Positions 12,340 through 25,665 of a stretch of DNA of 64,000 bases are shown piece after piece. Source of the stretch: Cetorhinus maximus (lineage: Eukaryota); NCBI RefSeq assembly GCF_964194155.1, contig NC_135901.1, positions 17,360,001 to 17,424,000 on the forward strand, given 5' to 3'. The position numbers were made by a program, and so were the translations under genes. The number at the start of each line of letters is the position of its first letter. The first letter of the stretch is position 1. The notes below the pieces were generated by a model. The model made no database searches, was not told the origin of the DNA, and worked only from the letters and a program-made list of their open reading frames with translations.

Positions 12340-13675
12340 GAGGATCAAATAATAAACTTAGGAAACAAATTAAATCGTTATATTATATTGAAATTTTTGG
12401 AGAAAACTCTGAAGGAGAGAATCTAACTCCACTTGGAGAGGCAAGGTTTGATCAGGGATAGTCAGCATAGCTTTGTCAGAGGGAGGTCATACCTAACAAA
12501 TTTAATTGAATTTTTTGAAGAGGTGACCAGGTGTGCAGATCAGGGTAGTGCAGTTGATGTAGTTTATATGGATTTCAGCAAAGCCTTTGACATGGTTTTG
12601 GCTTGTAGAAGGCAGAGGGTGATGACAGAAGGATGCTTTAGTGACTGGAAGCCAGTGTCCAGTGGCGTACCACAGGGATCTGTGCTTGGTCCACTATTAT
12701 TCATCATTTATATAAACGACATGGATGACTATGTAGGGGGTAGGATTAGTAAGTTTGCGGATGACACAAAGATTGGCCGGGTGGTTAACAGTGAGGTTGA
12801 GTGTCTTGGGCTACAGGAAGAAATAGACGGGATGGTCAAATGGGCAGATAAGTGGCAGATGGAATTTAACCCTGAAAAGTGTGAGGTGATACACTTTAGA
12901 AGGAGTAATTTGACAAGGAAGTATTCAATGAACAGCATGACATTGGAAGTTCTGAAGAACAAAGGGACCTTGGCGTGTGTGTCCATAGATTTCTGAAGGC
13001 GACGGGGCATGTTAGTGGGGTGGTGAAAAAGGCATTTGGGACACTTGCCTTTATCAATCGAGGCATAGGTTACAAAAGTAGGGAGATCATGTTGGAGTTG
13101 TAGAGAACCTTGGTCAGGCCACAGCTGGAGTACTGTGTGCAGTTTTGGTTGCCACATTATAGGAAGGATGTAATTGCACTGGAGGGGGTGCAGAGGAGAT
13201 TCACCAGGATATTGCCCTGGGATGAAACATTTAAGTTATGAAGAGAGGTTGGATAGACTTGAGTTGTTTTTGTTGGAGCAGAGAAGACTGAGGGGTGACC
13301 TGATCAAGGTGTACAAGATTATGAGGGACATGGACAGGGTGGATAGGGAGCAGCTGTTCCCCTTAGTTGAAGGGTCAGTCACAAGGGGGCATGAGTTCAA
13401 GGTGAGGGGCAGGAGGTTTAGGGGGGATATGAGGAAGAATATTTTTTCCCAGAGAGTGGTGACGCTGGAATGCGCTGCCTGGGAGGGTGGTGGAGGTTGC
13501 CTCACATCCTTTAAAAAGTACCTGGATGAGCACTTGGCACATCATAACATTCAAGGCTATGGGCCAAGTGCTGGTAAATGGGATTAGGTAGGTAGGTCAG
13601 GTGTTTCTCATGTGTCGGTGCAGACTCGATGGGCCGAAGGGCCTCTTCTGCACTGTGTGATTCTGTGATTCTGAA
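12340..13675 (+). mobile_element. 5'-truncated CR1 LINE (RT domain to 3' end)
   Basis: YMDFSKAFD, SGVPQGSVLGPLLF and KFADDTK motifs, an internal deletion, and a 3' microsatellite GATTCTGTGATTCT. Confidence 0.93.
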
Positions 13676-15239
13676 ACCCAATTGCGCGGACCCTCCATTA
13701 TCCAGCAGAAAGAAGGAGAATGTGATTTAGTGGAAAATAGAGAATCTCCAAAGAGCAGCAATAACAGCAGAATCCAACTCCTACAGTCACATATGAACTT
13801 ACTAGTGCCCCAGCAGGCGGGAAGAACAACTGAATCGCAGCCCACAAACACAACATTTAAAAAGCCTCTCTCTACCAGGTGGGAAAATTCAGTCAATCCT
13901 TTCACACGTGTAAATTATCCAAATGGTCTGTCACAATGTGGCTATGCTGCCATATCCTGTCAGCTCTGAAAATCCTCCCCCTGGTGCGACTACGCAAGAG
14001 TTTCCATCTCAAATGGCAAAGGAATCACTCCTCACAGTCAACAACAACAAAAATCTGCATTTATAGAACACCTTTACTTTAATAAAACATCCCAAGATGC
14101 TTAACATGGGTGAAATTGTAGCAGTGTTTTTGGGACCAAATTAAAGACAAAAACACAATTTCCATACAATAAAAATGGAAACGCACACATTTTAGCAACA
14201 TAAATCCATGGCTCTGTTAAATGGTTCATCACATTGTATAACATTCCTATGGTTGTAAAACAGCAGATAATCTGGCTCAGTATGATCTGTGCTTTGGTAG
14301 ATCTGCTGTGAATATAACACATAGGGAATAGCTGCGCATTTCATATTTGTTCTATCACATACATTTACTTTAATCAAATGTCTTGAAGCTGATTGTCTCC
14401 CAGGCTAATTTATTCAAAAGCCTTAATAACCAGTGTTTCTTGTTTCTCAATTTTTTTCTACAGCTCCAGCATTCATCTGACCCCATTGTTATTTCTCACT
14501 TCTGTTTTCAATCACTGTTCTCTTCAATATCCTTTTTCATAATCCACTTCCCATCTGTGTCCACCCAACTATTCAGATTTTGTTACAAAAGCTGGTAACG
14601 ATGTGAAATATGTCATGCAGCCTGATATTTAACACTTTTTTGGGGGGTGGGGATTGATTATTGAGTACAATTCATGCAAGATGTATTCCTTCTTAGGGAG
14701 TCCCATCTGAAACATTAACCATCACATTAGGTTTATATGGGAAAATGTTTTTTTTAATCGAAACTAAGGAAGCGCAAAAATTGTCCCAAAGTTCATGGCC
14801 ATGAGCATGGGTGTTGAGTCCACATAGATGAAGCACAATTACCGGTTGGTCCTCACCAGCAACAAGAACTCCCACTCCCCATCATCCCCCAGAACCCTCA
14901 GCACAGCTCCTGGCCTCTCCGTACCATTTGATGCTCCTCACATTTGCAACCTGTTGTTGTTGTATCAAGTGATTAAACACAGCTCCACACTGTGTCCAGG
15001 AATTCCTTCCCATAATGTGCAAAAGCACTCAGTCACTTCAAACACATCAACAAGGCAATAAGTAATGGTGGAGGCACTGAAATGGCAGGAGATGGAACCG
15101 TGGTGAGAGCAGGAAAGTGATAGCATGACGTTAGAGGGAAGGAGGAGTAAGATGTGTCAGTGTGAAATTGGAGGGGGAGGAAAGAGGAATGTCAGTGTGT
15201 GGATTCCTCTATGATAACCTTTCCTCGTCCTCAGAATAC

Positions 15240-15930
15240 AACTGTGATTTGAAGGTGTTTCGAAACAGCAACACGCCATGCAGTGGAAGAACACCAATTT
15301 ATACCTGGGTCTGGCAGTTCCTCCAGGGTTTAATAGCCTGCTGCCTCCAGCTCTGTCAGACTGGGGCTGTGGCAACTGGTGAGGGAACCAACAAGAGGGA
15401 AAATCCTTGAACTCATTCTCACCATTCTACCTGTCACAGATGCATCTGTCCATGATAGTATTGATAGGAGTGACCCCACAAGGCCCTTGTGGAGTCAGCG
15501 TCCCACCTTCACACTGACGATTCCCTCCATCGTGTTGTGTGGCACTGCCACTGTGCTAAATGGGATAGATTCAGAAGACATCAAGCAACTCAAGACTGGG
15601 AACCCATGAGGCAGTGCGAGCCATCAGCAGCAGCAGAATTGTATTCAACCACAGTCTGTAAACTCATGGCCCAGCATATCCCTCACTCCACAATTACATC
15701 AAACCAGGCGATCAAGCCTGGTTCAATGAAGAGTGCAGGAGAGCAGGTCAGGAGCAGCACAAGCCGTATCGGAATGTCAACCTGGTGAACCTACAATACA
15801 GGACTGCTTGCCAAACAGTGGAAGCAGCCTATGATAGCCAGAGCTAAGCGATCTCACAACCAACGTATCAGATCAAAGCTCTGAAGACTTGTGTTCCAGA
15901 ACTAGTGACACACCCAGCCAAACCATTCCA
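15240..15930 (+). mobile_element. Degenerate LINE ORF2 fragment (endonuclease-linker region)
   Basis: REPTRGK-ILEL, VHDSIDRSD and RVVWH-H-AKWDRFR motifs, broken by frameshifts. Confidence 0.6.
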
Positions 15931-16377
15931 GCAGCTTTCCAAAGAAAATAAAACCCAGCCTATGAAATGCTTCCTCTTCCCAACTGTTTTTGATGTGAAT
16001 AAGGTTGAGTTGGAGTTCGCTAATTTCTCTCCCTTAATCTTATGAATCAGATCATTCTTGACATGGGTCCACTGCTATTGGTCACCCAGGGAGTGACCAT
16101 TCTAATTCGGTGACTCTGAGCAGTTTTGTTAGTCCAGGGGCTTGAGTGAAACTTGCCACTTTTAAAGTGTCATCATTCATTGTACATTAGGCCGCACCTA
16201 CAAACTGGTCTCTCACATATCCAGTGAAGTGGAGGAAGTTTGCTTTCATAAACCAGCAACTGCGATAAAGATAAAGCAGGATGGAGAAAGACTCAGTTGG
16301 AGCACAGTGACACAGTGGAGGAATGGAGAGCTGAGGTTCACCCATGAAAGCAGCAAAGTTTTTTAAAAAAGCAACGG

Positions 16378-16450
16378 CACCCAAAGTGGGGCTTGAACCC
16401 ACAAACCTGAGGTTACAGGCCTCATGCACTACTGACTGTGCTAGCCAGAA
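16378..16450 (-). pseudogene. tRNA-Lys(CTT)-derived pseudo-tRNA; anticodon position now reads TGT
   Basis: 73-nt ungapped match to vertebrate tRNA-Lys-CTT with A and B boxes, and a T6 run 7 nt downstream. The acceptor stem is mispaired and position 33 is C instead of U. Confidence 0.8.
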
Positions 16451-17184
16451 GCTCAAGGGACTGATGCTTTCCATTCAATCACTCACAGCTTCCCTTTCTT
16501 AGTTGCACCTCCTTCCAAACACTGTGATCCATTTTCCTCAGAATTTGTTCCTGGATTTAATATTTACCTGCTTTGTGACCTCATTTTGAGATCAGATTCT
16601 CTTCCATCTCCAACACAAATTGAGTTGCAAACCTGTCGGACAAACAATGGAAAACAAGTCAGTCGGTAACACAAATCCCATGGTGCTCATTTACAGATTC
16701 ACAACAGTCAACTTTTAAATAAAAGGAAGGAATTTTGCAGGGAAAATATTTAGAAAGTTGTTTTTATTTGTGACACACTCACTCGGGTATTCTGTAAATG
16801 CTGCTTGGAGGTTCAGTGACCGGGATATAATCTACCTGTATTTTCCTGAGCTGGTGCTCGGTGTATTGGGAGGTTTGACCTGGGTTGGAGTATCTTTCGT
16901 CCCAGGGATGGGCACTAACCCACTGATTGAAGCTGCAGTCGCCGCTTTCTGCTGGCAGCGGGCGATTGGAGAGTGCGGGGCCGGAATATTGCTGCTTTTC
17001 TGCTTTTCCCTGTCTCACTCACTGTGGAGCTGAGGAGGAGCGAATGGGTTTGTTTGAATCCAATAACTTCACAGATTTCCAATGGGTTAGATATAGGTAC
17101 AGGGTAGGTCTAATCATTTTCTCATTAAACTTGAAATAAATTAATCAATAATCCATTTGTGTGTGGCATGGGGCAGGGAGGGGG

Positions 17185-17495
17185 ATATGGTGGCATAGTG
17201 GAAATATCACCAAACTAGTAATCCAGAATCCAAGCTAATGATCTGGGGAACAAGGTTCAAATCCCACGTGGAATTTGAATTCAAGTAATAATCTGGAATT
17301 GAAAAGCTCATCTCAATAAAGATGACCATGATACCATTGTTGTAAAAACCCATCTGGTTCACCAGTGCCCTTTAGGGAAGGAAACCTGCTGTCCTTACCT
17401 GATCTGGCCTACATGTGATTCCAGACCCACAGCAATGTGGTTGACTCTTAACTTCTTATGAAATGGTGTGACAAACGACTCAGTTCAAGGGCAAC
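17185..17495 (+). mobile_element. tRNA-derived SINE; other copies at ~20500-20935(-), 21730-21970, 27490-27760(-), 32690-33080, 44140-44450(-), 47460-47690, 55825-56190
   Basis: GGTGGCATAGTGG A box, GGTTCAAATCCC B box and a shared body AAAAACCCATCTGGTTCACTAATGTCCTTTAGGGAAGGAAATCTG. Confidence 0.8.
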
Positions 17496-17929
17496 AAAAC
17501 CATAAAATGTTGGAAAAACTCAGCAGGTCTAACAGCATCCGTGGAGAGTAAAAAAAAAGTTAACATTTCGAGTCCATATGATTCTTCTTCAGAGTCATCC
17601 CTTCAAGCCTTTCAGTGTCTTGCCTGTTACCAAGTGTTCTGATTGTCCCAAAGTCGAAATTAGGTTGAAATCCCTGATGTGCTGTAATGAGAATCCTTTC
17701 AATGTCTCAGATCAGTTAATTTCACTGATAACATCAGAATCAATGTTCCAGCGTCATAAAGAAGGGAAAGGTGCCTTGATTGACACACACTAAGTCCAGA
17801 TGTCAATTTCTCTCCTCTTACCCTGGAGAAATTAAGACCACAGATGCTAAAACTGATTTCCTTGACATATTCTGATTTTTCCTGACCATTGACTAAACCA
17901 CTGAACCTTGGGGCTGTGACTGCTTCCTG

Positions 17930-18120
17930 GAAGAAAGTGTCCAGCTGACTCTCCCCCTCCCTGAAGCCCCTGATGTCTGCAGCTCAGACTCCAGCTCAAT
18001 AACCCTGAGCCCAGGTTTCCTGAGCTGCAGACACTCACCACAGGTATGATGGTCCAGGATCACAATATTCTCCAGAAACTCCTACTTGCTGCAGTCCCGG
18101 CACAGCACCTGCCCTGCAAA
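17930..18120 (-). mobile_element. CR1 ORF1 N-terminal zinc-knuckle fragment
   Basis: The reverse strand encodes CRDCS...HTCGECLQL...IELESELQT, homologous to 31880-32030. Confidence 0.55.
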
Positions 18121-18206
18121 GAACTTTAAACTCCAGTGATAGGAGTTATTAACTTCAGCCGAAATAAATAAAGCATGTGATTAACAGCAGCACCCAACCC
18201 CTGCAG

Positions 18207-18782
18207 TCACACATGAACCCGCTGGTGTCTCAACAAGTTGGATGGTCGATTGAATCCCTTCCCACATTCGGAGCAGGTGAATAGCCTCTCCCCACTGTGA
18301 GTGCGTTGGTGTGTCTGGAGATTGGATGACTGAGTGAATCGCTTCCCACACACGGAGCAGGTGAATATCCTTTCCCCAGTGTGAACTCGCTGATGTTGAA
18401 TAAGGTGAGATGATTGTCTGAATCTCTTCTCACAGTGAGAGCAACTGAATGGTCTCTTGTCAGTGTGAACAAGCTGGTGTTTAATTAGATCAGGAGAGGT
18501 TTTAAAGCAATCTCCACAGTAAAAGCATTTAAAAGGCCTCTCGTCACTGTGAACTCTCTGGTGTGACCCCAGGCTGGATGACTTAGTGAATTCCTTTCCA
18601 CACACAGAGCAGGTGAACGGTCTCTCCCCAGTGTGACTGCGTCGGTGAGTTTCCAGCTGGGATGGGAAACTGAATCCCTTCCCACAATCCCCACATTTCC
18701 ACGGTTTCTCAATGGTGTGGGTGTCCATGTGTCTCTCCAGGTTGGAAGATCTGTTGCAAACTTGTCCACACACAGAACACAT
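18207..18782 (-). CDS. C2H2 zinc-finger protein (ZNF-D), 7 fingers
   Basis: Open 191-aa ORF. The family start ACCATGGAG is mutated to ACCATTGAG, but upstream in-frame ATGs exist. Stop-ridden fossil fingers lie at 18790-18975. Confidence 0.8.
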   Translation of the reverse strand: MCSVCGQVCNRSSNLERHMDTHTIEKPWKCGDCGKGFSFPSQLETHRRSHTGERPFTCSVCGKEFTKSSSLGSHQRVHSDERPFKCFYCGDCFKTSPDLIKHQLVHTDKRPFSCSHCEKRFRQSSHLIQHQRVHTGERIFTCSVCGKRFTQSSNLQTHQRTHSGERLFTCSECGKGFNRPSNLLRHQRVHV

Positions 18783-19965
18783 GGACAGTTTCTCCCCGCT
18801 GTGAATGGTGTGATGTTTTTTCAGGCTGTGTAACTGGTTAAAGCTCTTTCCACAGTCAGTGCATTAGAACACTGTTACTCGGGTGTGTGTGTGTCTCGGT
18901 GCTTTTCTGGTCACACTGATGTTTGTAATCTTTTCCCACAGACAGATTAGAGAAACATTTCTCCTTCCACATTCAAAGGCTGATGATATTCAGGTCCTGA
19001 TGAATCGACTGACTCTGAGAGGACTTGATGTGATGTTTGTTTAGTTTCCTGTGCAAATCATCTCCTTCTAATATTCTGCAGAAAGAGTTGACAGTGTCAG
19101 TATCGCTATCAGTCCATGTTAGAAATTCAAAACAGACAATTCTAGTTTCTATGCAACTTTTCTCTCTCACTGTTCTTCCAAACATGTGATCTAAATCAAA
19201 CTAAAAGAAGCCGCAAAAAGCAAAAAAAGCAATTGGAATTTTCACAATTAAACCACAATGTTAATTCCAGTGACTATGAGACACTCTGCACTCCGAGGTG
19301 CCCACTGTTTGTGAAAGGCATCAACCATATGGATGGACACTGCATCCTCTCTGGCCCTGGCCACCAGAGCACAGGCAAGACCATAGAAGACTGACCCGCA
19401 GCCAGAGGGTCCCACCCACCCTAGATCTACAAGTTGTAACCACGCTGAAGAGCAGCTCCAGGACAAGATCCTCTGATGTACCCAGTCCCCTCCACACTGG
19501 GCAGACAACGATTAGGTGCCTGGGTCTGAAGTGTGTCCAGACATTGAGGAGCAGACCTTCAGGTAATTATACAGGGGCTGCAACCTCTCACAATGAATAT
19601 TTACAAGGCCCATGGACTCCTGTAGGTTGCAAACATCACCTGCAGCCTGGGAGTGGGTGAAGCTGTTTAAAAACGTGTCGCCCTGTTAACAGAAAATCCA
19701 GGGCACTGGGACCCAGTTGGGAACAGATTCCCCTTGCAGCCCCGCCCACTCCCTATTGTGTCACCAGGACGTCCGTGCATGCGCTCTGCTCCCCGCTCAA
19801 CCAAAATGACGACCGTTAACTTGAGCTTGTTCGGAAAAAAGAACCGGGCTGCAAACGGGAGTATCTCAGGGTCTTATTCGAGGTTTGGAACCTTTACGAT
19901 GTGTTTAGAAACCCTCCCCGTCCTCCCGCCGCTTCCATCGCTCCCTCCGTGTTTTCATTTCCTTA

Positions 19966-20120
19966 CCAGTTTGAAGATAAGACAGACAAAAGTCTAGGCA
20001 TCGCAATTACGGCGCATGCTCCAAACACTGGGCGGGACTGCACTTGCGCAGTGCTCTCCTGTGGTGGTGATAGGGGACATTCCCAACAGCGGGGGATGCT
20101 GGGTAAAGTCCTCGCCATCG
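19966..20120 (-). promoter_or_regulatory. ZNF promoter cassette copy 3 and first exon (ZNF-D)
   Basis: Reverse complement reads GATGGCGAGG-TTACCCAGCATCC-GGGAATGTCCCC-TGCGCAAGTGCA-GAGCATGCGC, with donor CTG|gtaagg. Confidence 0.7.
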
Positions 20121-20939
20121 GGTGGCCTAATTGATGAATCGTGAATCTTTTTTTGCAACGATGTGGGGATTGCGGCGAGTGTTGGGCAGTAAATAAAATT
20201 AGCAACAAAATTATACAGAAGTCCAAGTGCACAGAAACTCCATTATCCACCAAAAAGGGAATTGATGGTGAATTGCAAATCCCCCAAAGTTTTACTGAAA
20301 CAGCAGCAATAACGCGGAATCCAATCCCTCCAGTCAAATGCGAAGTCAGCAGATGGGGTGACTGAGTGAATCCTTTCAGTGAGTAACTGTCAGGATTGTT
20401 GTCTCGTGGATATTCCTGGTAGTGTATTTTTAGTTATGCTGTCACACACCAATAACACAGAGAAACCTAGAAACAGGCTGCAGCTCCTTTTTTTTCATTC
20501 ATCATAGGATGTGGGTGTCACTGGAAATGCAGGCATTTATTACCATCCTTAATTGCCCTTGAGAATGTGATGGTGACCTGCCTTCCCAAACCGCTGCAAT
20601 TCAATTGAATTTTACTTTCTCTGAGCAGTTTTGATATGACCAAGTGGCTTATGCACCATTTCAAAGGGTCAAGCACATTGCTGTTGGTCTGGAGTCACCT
20701 GAAGACCAGATGAGGCTGGGATGGCAGATTTCCACTCCTCGAGGATGTCAGGGGACCAGTTGGACTTTTGTAACAATGCATTCGTTTCATAATCACTGAT
20801 AACAGCTTTTATAGTGGATTTTTATTCCAGATTTATTGAATTAACTGAATTTAAAATCTCTAACTGTTGTGATGGGATTTGAACTCACATCTCCAGATCA
20901 TTATTCCCTCTCAATTACTAATCCAGTAATGTAACCACT

Positions 20940-21370
20940 ATGTCTGGGCATGTCATCAGAATGCTTGAATTCAGATTGACAAACAGGAGCTGTACTCAGA
21001 GTTACACCAGGGAGACCCTTCACATGGGGCCAAAGGAAACTTTTCAAAGACAATCTCAAGGCCTCCATGACATTCTGCTCTATCAACATAAACACTTGGA
21101 AAGCAGATTCCCAATTGCCTCCAAAATGGTGATTCATCATCCAAAAACGTTTCAATCAACAAGAGCAGCCACTGAGAGAGACAAAGAGAGAGGACAGCTG
21201 CTCGTGTCAACAATCCACCACCAACTCCACTGGCTGACAAGCCCCATGTCCTCACTGTTGGCAGAGCCTGCAAGGCTAAAATAGGGCTCATTAGTCATTT
21301 GTGAACCCACAGCTAACACTGACATCTCACTTCCACCCAGTCATCGACAAGAAAGAATCATCCCTGACAC
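20940..21370 (+). mobile_element. RTE-type LINE 3' fragment
   Basis: GHVIRM...KQELYSELHQG...FKDNLKAS motif spread across frames. Confidence 0.65.
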
Positions 21371-24300
21371 GAGGGATTATCAATGGATAACCACAATGTT
21401 ATCTTCTTTATCTGCGGATCGAATGTTGGTTACACAATTGCAGCAGCAGTTAACAGCCTCCTGTGAACTCCTCCATGCGATATCTTAGTGCAGATTTTCA
21501 ACAATTTATTTTGAGTGTGCTTATGTTAAATGAGTTAATACTGATTTTATAAACCAATTGTTAGGCCTCAGTTAGAGTGCTATATTCATTTCTGGGCATC
21601 ACACTTTAAACAGGATTTCAAAGCCTTAGAGAAGGTGATTTACTAGAATGGTACCAAGGATAAGAGGCTTCAGTTATATGGAGAGACTGGAGAAACTGGG
21701 ATTGTTTTCCTTGGAGCAAAGGGTCAAAAATGGAGGTGGTGGCATCGTGGTATTATCACTGGACTAGTAATCCAAAGACCCAGGGAAATGCTGTGGAGAC
21801 TGGGTTCGAAACCCACCAAATCTCATGATGACCATGAAGTCCTTATCAAATGTCATAGAAACCCATCTGGTTCACTAATGTCCTTTAGAGAAGAAAATCT
21901 GCCATCCTCACCTGGTCTGGCCTGCATATGACTCCAGACCCACAGCAATATGGTTGACTCTTAAAATGCCCAGAACTGATACCACATGGACTGCAGCAGT
22001 CTGAAAGTAAAAAGATGCAATAGCAGTTTTCAAAATCATGAACGGCTTTGACAAACTAAAGAAACAGGAAGGGTCTCCAGTAGCAGAAAAATAGCTAATC
22101 AGAGGACACAGATTTCAGAACATCTTTTTTATGCTGTGTTTTTGTGATCTGGAATGCACTGTCTGAAATGGTGCTGCAAGCAGATTCAATAGCAACATTC
22201 TTGGGAGAATTGAATAAATACTTGAAGAGAAGAAATATCCAAGTCTAGGAGTAAAGAGCAGGGGAGTGGGACTAATTCGATAACTACACTAATGAGCTGA
22301 TACAAACATGATGAGCTGAACACCTTCCTTTAGCCCCTGTACCATCTGAAGACAATGGCAGATGATGCTACCCAGAATGCTTCAGGTGGTAGAATATGGC
22401 CCATCAACAGGGATGCAACTCTCAGATTTTTCTCCCTTTCTTTTGTGAAGGTGCTGTGTGATGGTGGGGTTCAATCCCAGTCACTGTTTACCCTCCTGTA
22501 CCCTGCCAAGTGGTAATTCTGAGCTTATGATCCTATACTGTGAGCTATAATAATGGTATTTTATTCAAGAAACAAGTTTTCAGACCGAAGGCTGAATTGC
22601 AGTGTGACTTACATGAAGAAATTCACATAGAGACTAAATAATAAAGTTAAAAACATGGAAATGTGACAATCAAATACCAGAAACAGGTTCCAATTGAAAA
22701 CTGGCAGGGAAAATGTTTCCAATGATAATAATAAAGTCGGACACCAGAACTGAAATAAAAGGCAGGTTATTTTCTAATAATAACAGAGGAAGAGTATAAG
22801 TGTAACAATGACACACACGGTCTGATACAGTAAGAGTGCAAATGGGGCCCGAAGGAAGAACAGCAAAGGTTTGGCTAACTTTGAGTGTAACAAACACAGT
22901 GTTTGTTCCAATAATAAGAGTCAGGTTGCAGTGTGTTAGTGAATTCATCATTGGATCCAATGTGATGATAATACAGTCAGTATCTAGTGCACCAAAACCA
23001 AAGATTAGGTCTCATCTAGCAGTGCGAGCGAGTCATGGTCTATTAATATAATATGATATCAATGTGTTGCCTAATCCCTAATAACAGAGCCAAGGATCAA
23101 TGCAATGTGAATGGGATGGGTTGAGTGTAATAACACAGACACGGTCTAGTGGAATATGAACTGACGTCAACATTGACTAATTGGTGGCACTCTCACCCCG
23201 AGTCAGAAGGATGTGGGTTCAAGCCCTCTCCAGGGACCCAACCACATCATCTAAACTGATGCGCCTGGTGTCATTATAAATGGGAGTCTCTGTTCTTTTG
23301 CTGGCTATTTTCTTAGACTCAGAAGGAGTGAAGTGAATGACAGACGGGACAATTCTGGGCAGTTGCTCCATCCAGCAAGGCAGGGATTTCTGGGACATGA
23401 TTGCAGGTTTGAGGTGTCTGCCCACTCATTAAAATACAACCTCTTCCTCTTTGGGTTTGTGAAGGGAGTTATGACTGCAGCACGCGAGGCCGACTAGAGT
23501 CTGGTGTAAAAATAATCACAAAGGCCAATTCCAGTTCTTAATAACAGAGGTGGCTTTAACTACAGGTAATCTTACATTAAGGGAGACAAGAGGCCGAGTA
23601 AAGATTCGATTGTAATAGGAGGACAAGGTGTAAGGAAGCAATGATATTTGGGTGTCTGTGTTATGGTGAGTGTCACAGGGAGGTGTGTAATAAAATAGGA
23701 GTGGAAATATCATGACAGAGACACGTGTGACTGACTCCACCTGACTGAGAGCTGTTATACCCAAGGGGAGGGCAATGACGACATGGGGAACTCCAGAGAT
23801 TTCTGGTATCTGAGGTGACAATGGTGCATCTGTTAGAGGAACTGAAAAGCATCGGTTCCTTCTCACCCTTGCCTGCAGTTCCCGAGTTACACAGACACAC
23901 AGGAAACAGATCTGACAGCTCGTAGAAACTAATGTTATAAATCTTCTGTTTGAGACACATTATGATTGAAAAGATCAAATGTTAAAACCTCAGGAGAGGA
24001 AAATTCAGAATGTCACAAAGATGAGTGAACCATCCAATTAGTCCCATTCACTATAACTCTGCCAATTATTCCCTCTTCAAGTGCTGATCCAATTCACTTT
24101 GAAAGTTGCTATTATATCTGCTTCCAACCCCCTGTCAGTATGTGCATTCCAGGTCACATCAAATCACTGCATAAAAATGTTCTCTTTATCACTCGCTCTG
24201 GTTCTGTTGTCAAATATCTTAAATCTCTGAGTCCTCTGGTTACAAACCCTCCTGCTCCTGGAAACAGTTTCTCCCTATCAACACTATCACAAATCCTTCC

Positions 24301-25499
24301 TCATTTTGAACACCTCCATTAAATTTCCCCCTAAACCTTTCTGATCTAAGAAGGACAACCCCTGTTTTTCCTGCTCAAAAGAAGAGTGATGTTGGACTGG
24401 AAACCTTAAATCTGTTTCTCTGTCCAGAAACAGACCTACTGAATTTTTCCAGCATTTTCTGCCTTTCACCATTTTTCCTTCTTTAATCAATCAAAAACCC
24501 TTCATGATATTGAACATCTCAATTAAACAGGAACACACTGACATCGAGAGAGATATAGGGGAAAGGAGAGACAAAAACTGAGAGAAAAACTGAGACACTT
24601 AGAAAAACAGAAAGATGAGGTGGTGAGAGATAAAGCTGAGAAATAGAGGAAGCAAGGAATACAGAATGTGAGAGAATGATATAAAATGGAAAGGAGCAGG
24701 CTTTCAGTCCCTGGCTATGGAGAGCAGAGGGAACTCTGTGACTGATCCACAGACACGGCCACATATGTCCGGGAATGGAGACTCTGAACAGAAACAACAG
24801 GCTTATTTGTAAATGTCACCGCAATGTGATCTGTGTGACTCTGCCCTGACTCTGTGGCCAGATATAGGCTGTCTTGACAGATGTTCTCAGCCGACTGTAG
24901 CCCCTGGATTTATTTTCTGCTCAGAAGTGAGATGTGTGGTTAGGAACCAGCAGCAGAGAAACAGGAAGTTGTGTTTCCTGAGAATGAAACAGCAGGTGTT
25001 AGTTTCATGTTATCTCCGAGAACAGTCTTCCTGCCTGTGAGGGTGAACTCACTCTGACAGCATCAAAAAGAACCACACAGATTGCTGCCAGTCTCAGCAT
25101 TACATTCACCTCCATTCCCAATTTAAAGATTTAAACATATGAGCTTATTTGGGGTTTAAACATATTCACTGAAGGGGGAAATGAGCTGATGGTTATCCTT
25201 GGGAGAAATAAGGGGAAATTATATAAAATAAATAATTTTGCCCAAAAACAGTTATCAGAAAATAGGAGAGTTAAAGTGAATCGAAGCCTGTCTGAGAGTG
25301 AGAGAGAGAAACAGAGAGGGGAATGACTCTCTGTACATTGAGCGTTGCCTCAGACAGAGAAGAGAGGCTAAACGAGGTTAAGTGTGTTAGATTCTTTCTC
25401 AGAGAGAGAGAAAAAAATTAAGTGAGTTTAGGCGCTCTCTGAAACAGAGAGATTATGTGACTTAGTGTCTGAGAGAGAGAGGAGAGAGGTTAAGTGAAA

Positions 25500-25665
25500 T
25501 AAAAGCAAAATATTGTGGATGCTGAAAATCTGAAATAAAAACAGAAAATGTTGGAAAAACTCAGCAGGTCTAACAGCATCTGTGGAGAGGGAAGCAGAAT
25601 TAACGTTTCGAGTCCGTATGACTGTAGACGACCATACACTCTGAAGAAGAGTCATACGGACTCGA
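25500..25665. mobile_element. Penelope-like element end with hammerhead-type motif in inverted arrangement; related relics at 17495-17592, 24380-24460, 31780-31830, 51620-51770
   Basis: Inverted repeat TCGAGTCCGTATGACT / AGTCATACGGACTCGA and the core CTGAAGA-GAGTC-ATACG-GACTC-GA. Confidence 0.6.

Noticed and set aside
22670-23160. ORFs resembling an Ig-like or membrane protein
   Set aside because: The region is a degenerate GAGTGTAA(C/T)AA-type repeat with no convincing domain or splice structure.
23576-23829. Open exon-like segment on the minus strand with an FN3-like LLPYT motif
   Set aside because: Splice sites are plausible, but it lacks the FN3 Trp/Tyr pattern and has no partner exons, so it was not called.
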